Virus record (IMG/VR): IMGVR_UViG_2900837372_000002
Span: 5,767-69,766 of that record
Source: a virus
Length of the DNA: 64,000 nucleotides
Direction: 5' to 3' (one strand)
In this document: positions 40,387 to 50,185 of the stretch, in pieces
How positions within the stretch are numbered: position 1 is the stretch's first letter
How the letters are laid out: the number at the start of each line of letters is the position of its first letter
The notes under the pieces: model-generated
What the model was told of the DNA's origin: nothing
The model's input: the letters and a program-made list of their open reading frames with translations, nothing else
The model's database searches: none
Program-made: the position numbers and the translations under genes

Positions 40387-41277
40387 TTATTCAGACTTTA
40401 AATTTAAAATTGCCCCAGAGTTTGAAGCATTGTATTCAAGAGAGTATTCACCTACAAGACCGATACGTCTAGAATCCGTTGTTTTTGCAAGTTCTTCTGC
40501 TCTCCATTCACGTAATGGACGTAGTTTCACATAATTAGTATCGATTGCGGCAATTGTTCCTTTTGGCAATGATGGTTCTAGTAGAGCAATACCTGTACCG
40601 TAATTAGACACGATATTTCCAATTTGCAATCCAAAAGTTACTCTTTCCCCGAACTGAACAATTTTTGTTGATTTTCCATCTAACTCATCAGTCATTAACT
40701 CCTGCATATCTGGAGAAATCAAGCATAGTTTTTCTCCCATATAACCTTTTTCATACATCAATTTAAATAAAGTATCGATATCTTTTCTTGTTACTGCACC
40801 CGCAGTGGCTGTTTCTGCCTTATTTGCTGAATTGATCAAGTTCAAAATCCCATTCATTCGACGACCTTTAGAACCATTTTCATCAGCTTTTACACCAGTA
40901 ATCAATTTTCGGTTCAAATCAATTTTCATTTCCATACCACGTAGTGCTACTTGATTAGTTAATTCATTTCCGACTCCATTCACATTAATAGCATCTAATG
41001 TACCAGATACAGAGGTTGATTTTCTAAAAATTTCAGTATAGTTGTTAAACCAAGTTCGACCTGATTCAGCATCTGGATATTCTCCGCCCTCAAGTTTTTC
41101 AGAAGAATCATCGTTGTTGATATCATATTCACGCCATTTAATTTCTGTCGAGTTTGCTGGCTCTGTTTTTCCAGCACCAAATAAATAGCTTAAAAAAGGT
41201 GTATTTGGTACTTGCATAGCATTAATCGCTGGTGAAATATCCAAATACTCTAAATTATTTAAAGATGTTTTTTTCAT
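40387..41277 (-). CDS. Major capsid protein
   Basis: 296 aa. Follows the scaffold gene. Strong RBS. Confidence 0.65.
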   Translation of the reverse strand: MKKTSLNNLEYLDISPAINAMQVPNTPFLSYLFGAGKTEPANSTEIKWREYDINNDDSSEKLEGGEYPDAESGRTWFNNYTEIFRKSTSVSGTLDAINVNGVGNELTNQVALRGMEMKIDLNRKLITGVKADENGSKGRRMNGILNLINSANKAETATAGAVTRKDIDTLFKLMYEKGYMGEKLCLISPDMQELMTDELDGKSTKIVQFGERVTFGLQIGNIVSNYGTGIALLEPSLPKGTIAAIDTNYVKLRPLREWRAEELAKTTDSRRIGLVGEYSLEYNASNSGAILNLKSE

Positions 41278-41291
41278 AATTTTTCACTCTC

Positions 41292-41993
41292 CTAGTTAAA
41301 TTGTTGAAGAATTTGTCCTAATTGTTCTTCTGGATTTGTTAATGTTTCATTGTTCTGCTGAACCTGGTTATTCGATTGTTGAGTTCCACCAAATGCAGAC
41401 TTCATTTGTAGTTCTTTTAATGCATCTGCATGTTTCTCATTAATTGCATTCAAGACACTTGTAAAACCTTCAACAGCATTCTTAGTGAAATCTGTATCCG
41501 AACTAACAAGATTATTTAGCATAAATTGAGAAATAGACTCTTTTAACTCTCCATCTAGTTCTAATCCAGCAATTTGTTCTGCAACAAATGCTTTATTATC
41601 ACTTGTCACACGCAACGCTTTTTCTGCTTCAAATTCAGCTTGTAGTTTTTCCAGTTGAATTTGCTCAGGTGACTTGTTTTTCTTAGATTCCTCATATTCC
41701 TTGATGGTATCCTGTTTAATTTTATCTAAGTTATTTTGTTTCCAAGCTTCCAATTGTTTGTCGGCAACACTTTGAGATTGTGACTGAATAAATTTTTGAG
41801 CTTCTTCATTGGATTCCACAAAAGATTTGAAGTCATCAAAAGAAAACTTTTGATCGTCACCTTCGGCAAAGTATTGCAAATTCATTGGCATTAATGATTT
41901 GTGTTTCATGCTCATTCTCCTTTCGCCCCACGATTCGTTTTCACGCCCCGCATTGCTTTGAGTTTTAATAGTTGCGCCCCACCATTCAACCAA
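41292..41993 (-). CDS. Capsid scaffolding protein
   Basis: Coiled-coil, acidic. MPMNLQYFAEG-type N-terminus is typical of phage scaffold proteins (the start is probably an internal Met). Confidence 0.55.
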   Translation of the reverse strand: MVEWWGATIKTQSNAGRENESWGERRMSMKHKSLMPMNLQYFAEGDDQKFSFDDFKSFVESNEEAQKFIQSQSQSVADKQLEAWKQNNLDKIKQDTIKEYEESKKNKSPEQIQLEKLQAEFEAEKALRVTSDNKAFVAEQIAGLELDGELKESISQFMLNNLVSSDTDFTKNAVEGFTSVLNAINEKHADALKELQMKSAFGGTQQSNNQVQQNNETLTNPEEQLGQILQQFN

Positions 41994-42041
41994 GCCCAGT
42001 ATTGCGCTAGTTTAACGTCATTTCGGACAAAATAAAAAAGC

Positions 42042-42359
42042 CTAATTACTAGACTTTCCTTCTTTGTAGTCAGTTCTAACAACAATACATCCCATCTTTT
42101 CATACCAATCAACTGTTTCTTTTAAATTTGGTAATGAATGAGATAATAATTGAATCGTTAAATTAACGGTATTCTTATCAACTGGAGTATTATCTTGATA
42201 ATTAACAGTTTGATCGCCAATAACCACGTAGGCATAATTGCCATTCCAATGGTCTCTCAAGCCATTAGGATGGTTCTCAGACTCAATAGCTGTTTTGTAG
42301 GCTTCTGCAATATCAGCATTTACATTAATTGTTAGTACTGCTTCAAAAAAATCTTTCAT
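42042..42359 (-). CDS. Hypothetical protein (105 aa)
   Basis: Between the head-morphogenesis and scaffold genes. Confidence 0.4.
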   Translation of the reverse strand: MKDFFEAVLTINVNADIAEAYKTAIESENHPNGLRDHWNGNYAYVVIGDQTVNYQDNTPVDKNTVNLTIQLLSHSLPNLKETVDWYEKMGCIVVRTDYKEGKSSN

Positions 42360-42360
42360 T

Positions 42361-43464
42361 CTACTTCCTCCGTTTCAAATTAATTCCAAAAGAATCATGT
42401 GCAAACTCATCTAATAAATCGCCAAATAAACGGTCATATTCTTCATCAATATCCTTTCCTAATTTTGGTAAATTAGGAACATCCGTACATCTACAACGAC
42501 TATGGAAAGGTGCTCGATTTTCACCTATGACAGCATCTTTCAGTTTATAGGGATTCTTACTTGCCTTTCCTCCACAAATCCGGCAAACTCTCTCATCTTT
42601 TGCAGTCAATACGTTGTATTCCTCAATACCTGTTTCTAAATATGATTTTTCAATACCATCTTGTGCAAATTTTGCATACTCCGTTCGAACGAGATTTTCT
42701 ATCGCTTTGTTATACTTTGATTCTTCTAACTTAAACATGTCACAAATTTCTGAGTCTAATCTCATGGTGTTTAATGCGTGTATAACGCCTTCTCCACTAG
42801 CAACACTTTTTACAATAGCATTAGAGAGTTTCTGTTCAAGCGATGAAATATTTCCCCAAAGTCTTCTTGAAAATGTCTTTCCTGACCATGGATAGTTCAA
42901 ATAATGTTTAATTTCATTTTCTGGTAAATAATTTGGTATATCAACGTTTAAAAGTTGAACAAAAACATTAGCATTAGAAGAATATGTTCTTTGAAGAATT
43001 TCCTCTAAGCGATCAGAAAAATATTGATTCACATCTGCATCCATCGCATATTCTGCAAGAATTTTAAATACATCTGATCGTATTTGTAATAAGCGATTGA
43101 CTTTTGCATAGTCAAATGGTGGAAAAAATTCATCGATAAACTCTTTGTATTTTGCATCATACATTTTTAATGACTTATAATTTTTTTCCACATATTCACG
43201 ATATTTTTTCTGATTACTTGTACTATAAAACTCCATCATTTCTGGATAAGTGATATTGTGTAAGTCAGCTTGTGATAATAGTTTTGCTTGTATCTCTTTC
43301 AGTGCTTCAGGAAATACACTAGTTAATTTTTTAAGTGTCTGATTTTCTTGTTTGAGCCTTGCTTGATCCTCCAGTTCTCGACGTTTGGTCCAATACTTCG
43401 TTTCTATCGTCACTATTGCCACCTCCGCCAAAATTGTATTCACTATCTGGATAAGCACTTCCAC
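42361..43464 (-). CDS. Minor head (head morphogenesis) protein, SPP1 gp7/Mu F-like
   Basis: 367 aa. C-terminal Cys cluster RVCRICGG...PFHSRCRC. Overlaps the portal 3' end in another frame, so the true start may be internal. Confidence 0.7.
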   Translation of the reverse strand: MEVLIQIVNTILAEVAIVTIETKYWTKRRELEDQARLKQENQTLKKLTSVFPEALKEIQAKLLSQADLHNITYPEMMEFYSTSNQKKYREYVEKNYKSLKMYDAKYKEFIDEFFPPFDYAKVNRLLQIRSDVFKILAEYAMDADVNQYFSDRLEEILQRTYSSNANVFVQLLNVDIPNYLPENEIKHYLNYPWSGKTFSRRLWGNISSLEQKLSNAIVKSVASGEGVIHALNTMRLDSEICDMFKLEESKYNKAIENLVRTEYAKFAQDGIEKSYLETGIEEYNVLTAKDERVCRICGGKASKNPYKLKDAVIGENRAPFHSRCRCTDVPNLPKLGKDIDEEYDRLFGDLLDEFAHDSFGINLKRRK

Positions 43465-44860
43465 TTTCCAATTCCATCATTTCATTTTCATAATCAACAT
43501 CTGTTACAAATGGAATTTGGCTCTGAATAGTTCGTTTGGATACGTATGGTGCAAGTTTAGGTAAAGCTTCAGCTAAATAACTTAAATCAGTTGGCAAAGA
43601 TCTAGAGAAAGTAAAAATAATTTTTTCAGGCTCAATTTCTACTTTGTCATGAAACTTAAGAAAAGCAGCAATTGTTTCTGCGCATTCTTTCAATCCTTCT
43701 CTAAAATATTGCTCTTTAGTATTTGTTTTCGCTTCTAGGCTAATGATTTGCCACTTGCGAGCTTCTCCAGAACTGTTTGATTTAAACACCTCATCGTTAA
43801 AATCGATTGCTTTACAAATGGTGTAAAACTGTTTTTTCAATAGATCCATATGATATTCATTGAAATCTTTTGCTAAATTTTTTGTGACATATTCAGCTTT
43901 TGCAGTAGGGTCTTTTAAGTTGATAATCCCTAGCTGATTCATCATTTCTTTAGCAGTGCCTTTGCTCATTGTTGTGCCAGTAACAAGCATGTACGCAAGC
44001 TTAAATTGTTCGATTTCGTTTTGTTGATCAGACAAAGCACGATCAATTGCATCTCCAATTTCCTCAGCTACTTCAAAATCACAATAACGATTCGTATTAT
44101 TTTTAAATTCTGCCAAGGTAATCGTCCCCAAAGGGTTATCGGTCTCATCAATTTTTTTGAACGTTCCGCTTGTAACAAAATTCAAATCACCATAGCAAGC
44201 ATATGTCAGAATTTTATTTCTTGTCATAACTTTCATTTCTTGAAAAAATTTTTTCTGGTAAGAGTCATACTTTTCTTTGATATAGATTCCGGCATTTCCA
44301 TATCTTTCTGCTCTCCAAGGTTCAATATTACTTGCTCTTAACTTCCAACCATCATCTTCTTCCACAGGCTCTAACAATCGGAAAGCTACTCCACAAGCTC
44401 CTTGAAAAGTTGCAGTTTCAGAATCAAGCATTGCGAATCTCATGGAATCAAGATTGCTTGTTAATTTGTTAAAAGCTTCTGGAACTGTCGGAAGTTCTAT
44501 ATCATTTTTTAAGAATTTATCTTTTAATCTTTGAATGAGTGTTCTTTTTTGTTCCGATACATCGTAATCCCATTTGATAGGTATACCAGTAAAATGATTG
44601 ACTGCTTGGTCTACGACAATTGAATACATACCAGCATGAAGTTTATTATTAACTTTTACAATATCAGTGTTAGGCTTTGGTCTATTATCTATTTCATTCT
44701 TTTCGCTAGTATAAGCTAGATATTTTCTTTCGCGATCAGCAAAAAATGGTTTCATATCTTCTATAAAACCATTCGGATCAAACATTCCATCTTCAATTTG
44801 TGTTGCATATTTAACACGTAGCTTCTTATATCTCTCTAAAGATAATACTGTACTAATCAA
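43331..44860 (-). CDS. Portal protein
   Basis: 509 aa. Between TerL and the minor head protein. Gly/Ser-rich C-terminus. Confidence 0.8.
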   Translation of the reverse strand: MISTVLSLERYKKLRVKYATQIEDGMFDPNGFIEDMKPFFADRERKYLAYTSEKNEIDNRPKPNTDIVKVNNKLHAGMYSIVVDQAVNHFTGIPIKWDYDVSEQKRTLIQRLKDKFLKNDIELPTVPEAFNKLTSNLDSMRFAMLDSETATFQGACGVAFRLLEPVEEDDGWKLRASNIEPWRAERYGNAGIYIKEKYDSYQKKFFQEMKVMTRNKILTYACYGDLNFVTSGTFKKIDETDNPLGTITLAEFKNNTNRYCDFEVAEEIGDAIDRALSDQQNEIEQFKLAYMLVTGTTMSKGTAKEMMNQLGIINLKDPTAKAEYVTKNLAKDFNEYHMDLLKKQFYTICKAIDFNDEVFKSNSSGEARKWQIISLEAKTNTKEQYFREGLKECAETIAAFLKFHDKVEIEPEKIIFTFSRSLPTDLSYLAEALPKLAPYVSKRTIQSQIPFVTDVDYENEMMELESGSAYPDSEYNFGGGGNSDDRNEVLDQTSRTGGSSKAQTRKSDT

Positions 44861-44871
44861 AAGCTCACCTC

Positions 44872-46287
44872 CTAAAATTGAATAAATTGATAGTGACTTG
44901 GTGGCTCATAAAACGCTAAAGCCAGTGCGTCAGCAATATCGGGACTACCAATATTTCGCTTTTTCATATCATCTTTACTTTCTAAACGTATACGACTTCT
45001 ACTTGTCATTTTGAATTTGCGAGTACTTAATTCTTTGATTAACGAACTATCAGAAGGCAATTCAATAACAGGCTGTTCTCCGTTAAGATTTGCTGTCATA
45101 TTTTCTTCTAACATTTCCTTGATGTTTCCCCATAGTTGAGTACCTAAATTATCGTAAAAATCGTCTTCTGATGTTGAACCGTTATTCACTCCAAACACCT
45201 CAAAAGGATAATGTTTGTCTTCTATAAGTTCTTCTAGGCGGTCGGTTACACCACCTCCGACACCAGTGTCATCGACTTTAATCATCACTTTATCAATACT
45301 CGGATATTGACTCATTAGATTCTTGGCCATGTTGATGACATATCCTGTTGTTTCCATGGTGCTACGTTTTGAATACTTCTCATACTCCAATGCCCTGGTA
45401 GCAATTCTAGGAAAGAGAATCGTAGAATCATCACCATATCGAGCTACGTCAACACCAATATGAGCAACCGTTGTTTTATTGACTAAAGAATCACTAATTT
45501 GTTTTTCTGTAGCCAATTCAACCGTTTCAAGACTGATAAATGAATCCAACGCACCTTTGGGAAATTCTCCAAAAATACGGACACGAGCAACATCACTTTC
45601 TTTTCCATATTTTTTAAGAATCATTTCTATATTGTCTTTGTTTGTACGTTTACTATCATAGCTTGATACTTTATGAACTCTGTATTTATCACGGTCTGAA
45701 TTGTGGGAATCGTAAAAAACACCTTCAATATTATTGGGGTTTCCACACATCAACAGCTTATTATCAAAACCTGATAGCGTACCAAGAATAGCTTCCATAA
45801 TTGGATCAGACACACCAGAAGCTTCATCTACCACAATCAACATATGGTCCTCGTGAAAACCTTGCATATTTTCTGGTTTAGTCGCTGTTCTAGCCGTAGC
45901 AAACCAACGCTCTGAATCACCAACCATATAAATTTTGGTCTTTGTCCACTTCAGTAAGTTTTTGATCAAGCTATCATTTAACCATTTAGCTACCTCTGCC
46001 CAAAGTACATCGTAAAGTTGCTTCATTGTCGGAGCTGTTGCTATTACTTTAGCGTAGGGTCGACACGTTAAGAACCAAAGTATTGCTCCTGCTTCTAATG
46101 CTGTTTTTCCAACTCCTTGACCAGAACGAACAGAAACCTTTGAAAATTCAGCTAAATCATTTAAAACATTTTCTTGCCATTCATCAGGATTCAAATGCAA
46201 AATATCTTGGCAAAAAGCTACTGGTTTATCATAGTAATAATCAATGGCAGAACCAATATCAGCAAAAGGAATAAATTCATTATTCAT
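44872..46287 (-). CDS. terL: Terminase large subunit
   Basis: 471 aa. Walker A RSGQGVGKT and Walker B LIVVDEASGV. C-terminal nuclease-like region. Confidence 0.85.
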   Translation of the reverse strand: MNNEFIPFADIGSAIDYYYDKPVAFCQDILHLNPDEWQENVLNDLAEFSKVSVRSGQGVGKTALEAGAILWFLTCRPYAKVIATAPTMKQLYDVLWAEVAKWLNDSLIKNLLKWTKTKIYMVGDSERWFATARTATKPENMQGFHEDHMLIVVDEASGVSDPIMEAILGTLSGFDNKLLMCGNPNNIEGVFYDSHNSDRDKYRVHKVSSYDSKRTNKDNIEMILKKYGKESDVARVRIFGEFPKGALDSFISLETVELATEKQISDSLVNKTTVAHIGVDVARYGDDSTILFPRIATRALEYEKYSKRSTMETTGYVINMAKNLMSQYPSIDKVMIKVDDTGVGGGVTDRLEELIEDKHYPFEVFGVNNGSTSEDDFYDNLGTQLWGNIKEMLEENMTANLNGEQPVIELPSDSSLIKELSTRKFKMTSRSRIRLESKDDMKKRNIGSPDIADALALAFYEPPSHYQFIQF

Positions 46288-47113
46288 TTTCTTTCACCGC
46301 CCGTTTGTTTGCGGCATTTAAAACTGCCTGTTTCCATTCTTCTATTTCTTCACCTGAATTATTTCCGCCAATTTCATTTGTCTCAGCTTGGATCTTATCA
46401 GTCTGAGCTTTAATTAAATCAGTTCTGTATTCATTCATATAAAGTTCATTCATTTGCTTGATGGCTTTAGCTAACTGGTTGCTAATCCGAGTCAATGAAT
46501 CTTCAATTGAAAGAATATCATCAATTTTGCGATGTTTTTTTCTGCTAATCTGCACATCTTGCATAACCTCACGCTTGATTTCTAGCTTTTTACCATTTTT
46601 TTCAATCGGATTTTTAATCTTTCTTAGCTGCTGCAATCGTTCGACTTCTTCATCATTTAGTCCAGCTTCAGCTTGTTGGATTCTCTTCATCATACGAAAT
46701 TGTCTTATCTTAAGTAGACGTATTTCTTCAGACAAAACAAAAGAAGGATTATCATTCAGACTAGAATAGATGTCCTTCTCTTCATCACTTAGTGTCTCAA
46801 AAAATATGGTTTCATACTCGCCTGTTTTCAAAGCGTTTTTATTACCCACTGGCGGAGAAGCTCGGCTATTTCCTTTGTTACCTTTAGCATTTTGATTACC
46901 AATAGGAGCGCCACCTTGATTAGTAACGTTACTTTTGCCATTGGTAACGTTACTTTTCAATTCAGCGCTCCATTTGTCTTGCGATTTCCATTTTCTAACC
47001 TGAGAATCTGAAACATTTAATTCAGATGCAATTTCCTTTAACTGCTTTTCTCCGTTGGATTCTAACCAAATTCTTTTGGCTTCATCACGTCTTGGATCAC
47101 GTTGTCTTGCCAT
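46280..47113 (-). CDS. terS: Terminase small subunit
   Basis: 277 aa. N-terminal HTH (LKEIASELNVSDSQVRKWK). Overlaps the terL start. Confidence 0.7.
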   Translation of the reverse strand: MARQRDPRRDEAKRIWLESNGEKQLKEIASELNVSDSQVRKWKSQDKWSAELKSNVTNGKSNVTNQGGAPIGNQNAKGNKGNSRASPPVGNKNALKTGEYETIFFETLSDEEKDIYSSLNDNPSFVLSEEIRLLKIRQFRMMKRIQQAEAGLNDEEVERLQQLRKIKNPIEKNGKKLEIKREVMQDVQISRKKHRKIDDILSIEDSLTRISNQLAKAIKQMNELYMNEYRTDLIKAQTDKIQAETNEIGGNNSGEEIEEWKQAVLNAANKRAVKENE

Positions 47114-47271
47114 TCAATACACACCACCTCGCAATCTTCTTAGGTTGAGTTTTGTTTTCTAATTTTCAATATCTTTCAACATTAGATCTGCTTCAATTAA
47201 TATCTTTAAATCGGAAACTTTGTCTAACTTGATTTGTCCTGATTGGAGATTTTTAAGCCATTTCTTGCATT

Positions 47272-47502
47272 CTAATCCCTCAAATTCTTGTTAATATTAT
47301 TTTGAATGTTTGGTTCATCATAGAAACCATGACCGCAATAAACGAGCTTGCACGCATCAATCTCACATGGTTCTGCTTCTCTCCCCATTTCGACAATAGA
47401 GTACTTCCCTTTGATTTGTACAGAACGCACAACACGCACTGAACAATCATCAATGGTTCGAGGATATTCATTAGTTAGCGATATATACCAGTAGTTCCTC
47501 AT
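47272..47502 (-). CDS. Hypothetical Cys-rich protein (76 aa)
   Basis: Contains CEIDACKLVYCGH. An open frame continues downstream in a different reading frame. Confidence 0.3.
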   Translation of the reverse strand: MRNYWYISLTNEYPRTIDDCSVRVVRSVQIKGKYSIVEMGREAEPCEIDACKLVYCGHGFYDEPNIQNNINKNLRD

Positions 47503-47717
47503 TAGCCATTCTTCTCTTCAATAGCATTTAGATCATTGTAAATAGCCTTTGCTGTCTCTAATCCGACCCGCAGTCTTCGTTGAATGACTCCAACAGTTAG
47601 CTCCATATCAACTTCTTCATAGTCCTTCTTTAATCGCTTCATTTCCTCGAAATCTTTAGCGGTATATTGTTTCATGAGATCATTCCTCCTTTATGTAAAG
47701 AAAAAGCCTAGCACCTG

Positions 47718-47978
47718 CTAGACTTTGATACATTCATTTGATTTTTTGAGATAAGTATCTACATAGATTTCACCTTTGTCCCCGTTCAACGTAATTTCAA
47801 AATACGGTGCTCCTTTTAAGCTAGCGCTGACTAATGCTTTGCTATTCTGTAGTGTTTTGCATGACCAGACTATGAAAACACTAAACTCAGGTACTGCTCC
47901 ACTTAGGTCAGCAATCTCATTCTCAATTCTTTCACGTACAATAGCCTTGCATTTTTCGATAAACTTCTCATGATTCAT
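47718..47978 (-). CDS. Hypothetical protein (86 aa from the internal start with RBS AAGAGAGG)
   Basis: ORF track 47718..48044. Better start MNHEKFIEK. Confidence 0.4.
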   Translation of the reverse strand: MNHEKFIEKCKAIVRERIENEIADLSGAVPEFSVFIVWSCKTLQNSKALVSASLKGAPYFEITLNGDKGEIYVDTYLKKSNECIKV

Positions 47979-48008
47979 TTTCAAAATCCTCTCTTTTCTA
48001 AAATAAAA

Positions 48009-48035
48009 AGACCACTCAACGAGTGATCTAATATG
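48009..48035 (-). terminator. Terminator-like hairpin (minus-strand sense)
   Basis: rc reads GATCACTCGTTGAGTGGTC followed by TTTTTATTTT. Confidence 0.4.
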
Positions 48036-48598
48036 TAATAGCAACCTACACGATGCACAAAACGCGTACGAAATTGCGCACCCCTATATTTTTAAACCGC
48101 CGATGCCTCGGTTGCCAAAGTCACTGGCAATGAATCGAACATTGCATAGTTGCCGAAGCATTGACCTAGCACACATGCTTAGCGTCTACCCTTTCCGCCA
48201 CAGTGACAATATAAAAATTTCTTTCTTAGTTACTACTATCTTTTATTTTGCCCATTTTTAAATCCAATCATATAGACATTAAGACAAAGCGCAAAAATTG
48301 AAATTATTAATGGAATCATTTCTCTTCGCTCACCTTTAGTTATCGTGTGAATAATTAAAAAAACAATAGACAGCAACGGATGATAGATAATAAGAACAAT
48401 TTAGAAGGAGTTAAAATTCACATCCTTATTCTTAATATTTCCGTTGCTGTCTATCGAAGCTTAATTGTGAAACAATAATAAAACGATGTTCCTTTTATTA
48501 TTATTTTGTCTTAGACCTATCACTAATCTTTCGACACTACCATAATATCACTGGTAAATAGCTAAAAACCGCCATCATTCCGCCAAAAAGCCGCCAAA

Positions 48599-49015
48599 TT
48601 ATTTATAAGCAATTATTCTTCCGTGTTTATATGCTTCTGCAAACTCTATTAGAGCTTCCGACTTCATCCGTTGTATACTTCTTTCTGAATAACCCACTTC
48701 ACGGCTAATTCTGTAGTTTGAGAAGCTATCTGGCACACAAAAGCTATAGTAGAGTATCTGACGACTAATCAGACTAAGAGCCATCAAGGCTGCTAGAATC
48801 GCGTCTCTCTCCGCTTCTATATCCATCATCTGAATGATTGCGTCTTCTGCCTTATTGCCGTGCTTCGGCGCCTTCGGCATATCCGTAATAATCGGCGACT
48901 TAATATCTATCAAAGAGCGACCTGCCATCCGCTCCAAACGCCGAAAGTTCTTCAGCACATCTCTCGCATTACATCTTGTCTGTTTGAAATCTACCTCTCG
49001 TAACAATTGCATCAA
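48599..49015 (-). CDS. ArpU/RinA-like phage late-gene transcriptional regulator
   Basis: 138 aa. C-terminal sigma-region-4-like HTH ISREVGYSERSIQRMKSEALIEFAE. Lies between the replication/accessory genes and the packaging module. Confidence 0.6.
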   Translation of the reverse strand: MMQLLREVDFKQTRCNARDVLKNFRRLERMAGRSLIDIKSPIITDMPKAPKHGNKAEDAIIQMMDIEAERDAILAALMALSLISRQILYYSFCVPDSFSNYRISREVGYSERSIQRMKSEALIEFAEAYKHGRIIAYK

Positions 49016-49214
49016 GTCAAACCGCTCCTTTATGTGATATAATAAACTTGTGGAATTTATTATATCAGCAGCTTTTTATTTCAATACTCTTATATAGGCA
49101 GTCAGTGGTCGGCTGTCTTTTTTATATTTTAATGAGAAGCCTTACTTATTTTTTTATCTTTATTACGAAAAATGATATTATCTATTGATAATAAAGCGTA
49201 TAGGAGATGGTTGA

Positions 49215-49466
49215 GTGACTATGTGGAGCATGCTGTTATTTTGGATTCCCGTTTGTATTGGTATCGTCGCATTTTGTTACTTTGTCAAACACTCTAGAAC
49301 AAATAAGCTCCTCATGTTATCTTTTTTACCTATAGTATTTTTTATTGTACAAATTGTTAAATATACCTATATTGAATCGCAAGAAATATTCATTTTTTAT
49401 GTGGTAGGTTTATTTATCTCTGTGGTCTTTTTCATAATGATACTTTCCTATTTTTATAAAAAATAA
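49215..49466 (+). CDS. Small 3-TM membrane protein (83 aa), opposite strand to all neighbouring phage genes
   Basis: RBS AGGAGA. Almost entirely hydrophobic (WIPVCIGIVAFCYF..., FLPIVFFIVQIV..., VVGLFISVVFFIMIL). Confidence 0.5.
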   Translation: MTMWSMLLFWIPVCIGIVAFCYFVKHSRTNKLLMLSFLPIVFFIVQIVKYTYIESQEIFIFYVVGLFISVVFFIMILSYFYKK

Positions 49467-49498
49467 ATTTTTCTCTTAGAAGTACATTTTTTCGCTGT

Positions 49499-49801
49499 TT
49501 ATATAACCTCCATATCCACCAATCTCGCTACTGCTAAATTCTCTTTGCTTTTCGCTAACCACTTGTCACATTCCATCGTGTTTTCAATACGAATGATTGC
49601 TGAGTGATTATAGAGATGTTCTACATATCCACAAAATGGATAGATGAATCCTTCTGCTTCACAGCGAACCATGTCACCGACTTTGAATTTTGGTTTCTCA
49701 CGTGTTTTAGGGTTCTTTGTCGGCATATCTAGCATTAAACCGCCGATACCATGACTGCTGGAGTAAAATCCGTCTTTTAGTTTCATTCTTTTTCCTCCCA
49801 T
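49499..49801 (-). CDS. Hypothetical phage protein (about 95 aa)
   Basis: Co-oriented early-region ORF. Confidence 0.4.
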   Translation of the reverse strand: MGGKRMKLKDGFYSSSHGIGGLMLDMPTKNPKTREKPKFKVGDMVRCEAEGFIYPFCGYVEHLYNHSAIIRIENTMECDKWLAKSKENLAVARLVDMEVI

Positions 49802-49986
49802 TTACGATCATCACTTAATATCGAAATTCCAAACTTACGAATAGCGCCGCTCGCATCAGCAACACACTGACTTGCCACTTTATATGTTTCTTCTGCTGAA
49901 ATTCCATATTCTTTTTCAAACTTTGTCTTTAGTACATTCAGTTCCCGTTTTCTTAGTTTTGTTATTCTGCGGTGTCTGTTGTTCAT
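49783..49986 (-). CDS. Hypothetical basic protein (67 aa)
   Basis: Overlaps 49916..50185 in another frame. One of the two may be mis-called. Confidence 0.3.
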   Translation of the reverse strand: MNNRHRRITKLRKRELNVLKTKFEKEYGISAEETYKVASQCVADASGAIRKFGISILSDDRKWEEKE

Positions 49987-50185
49987 TTTGTTTAACTTTC
50001 TTCTCTAATCCATCTCGGACACTACGAGCAAAAATTTCTATGTTTTGCTGCGCCTTTTCTCTTGTAATAGCTCCTCTGATAACCAACCTAACCAGTTCTA
50101 TAAGTTTATCTTTAGTTAGTTTATTTTTATTCTTCTCAAAATCTTCGGACAACTTTTCTAATTTAGTAATGTATGGGTCGCTCAT
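49916..50185 (-). CDS. Hypothetical protein (89 aa)
   Basis: Co-oriented. Stop overlaps the start of the upstream gene. Confidence 0.35.
   Translation of the reverse strand: MSDPYITKLEKLSEDFEKNKNKLTKDKLIELVRLVIRGAITREKAQQNIEIFARSVRDGLEKKVKQNEQQTPQNNKTKKTGTECTKDKV

Noticed and set aside
41912-42112. ORF 41912..42112 (66 aa)
   Set aside because: Overlaps the scaffold gene start region and the 42042..42359 ORF in another frame. No RBS.
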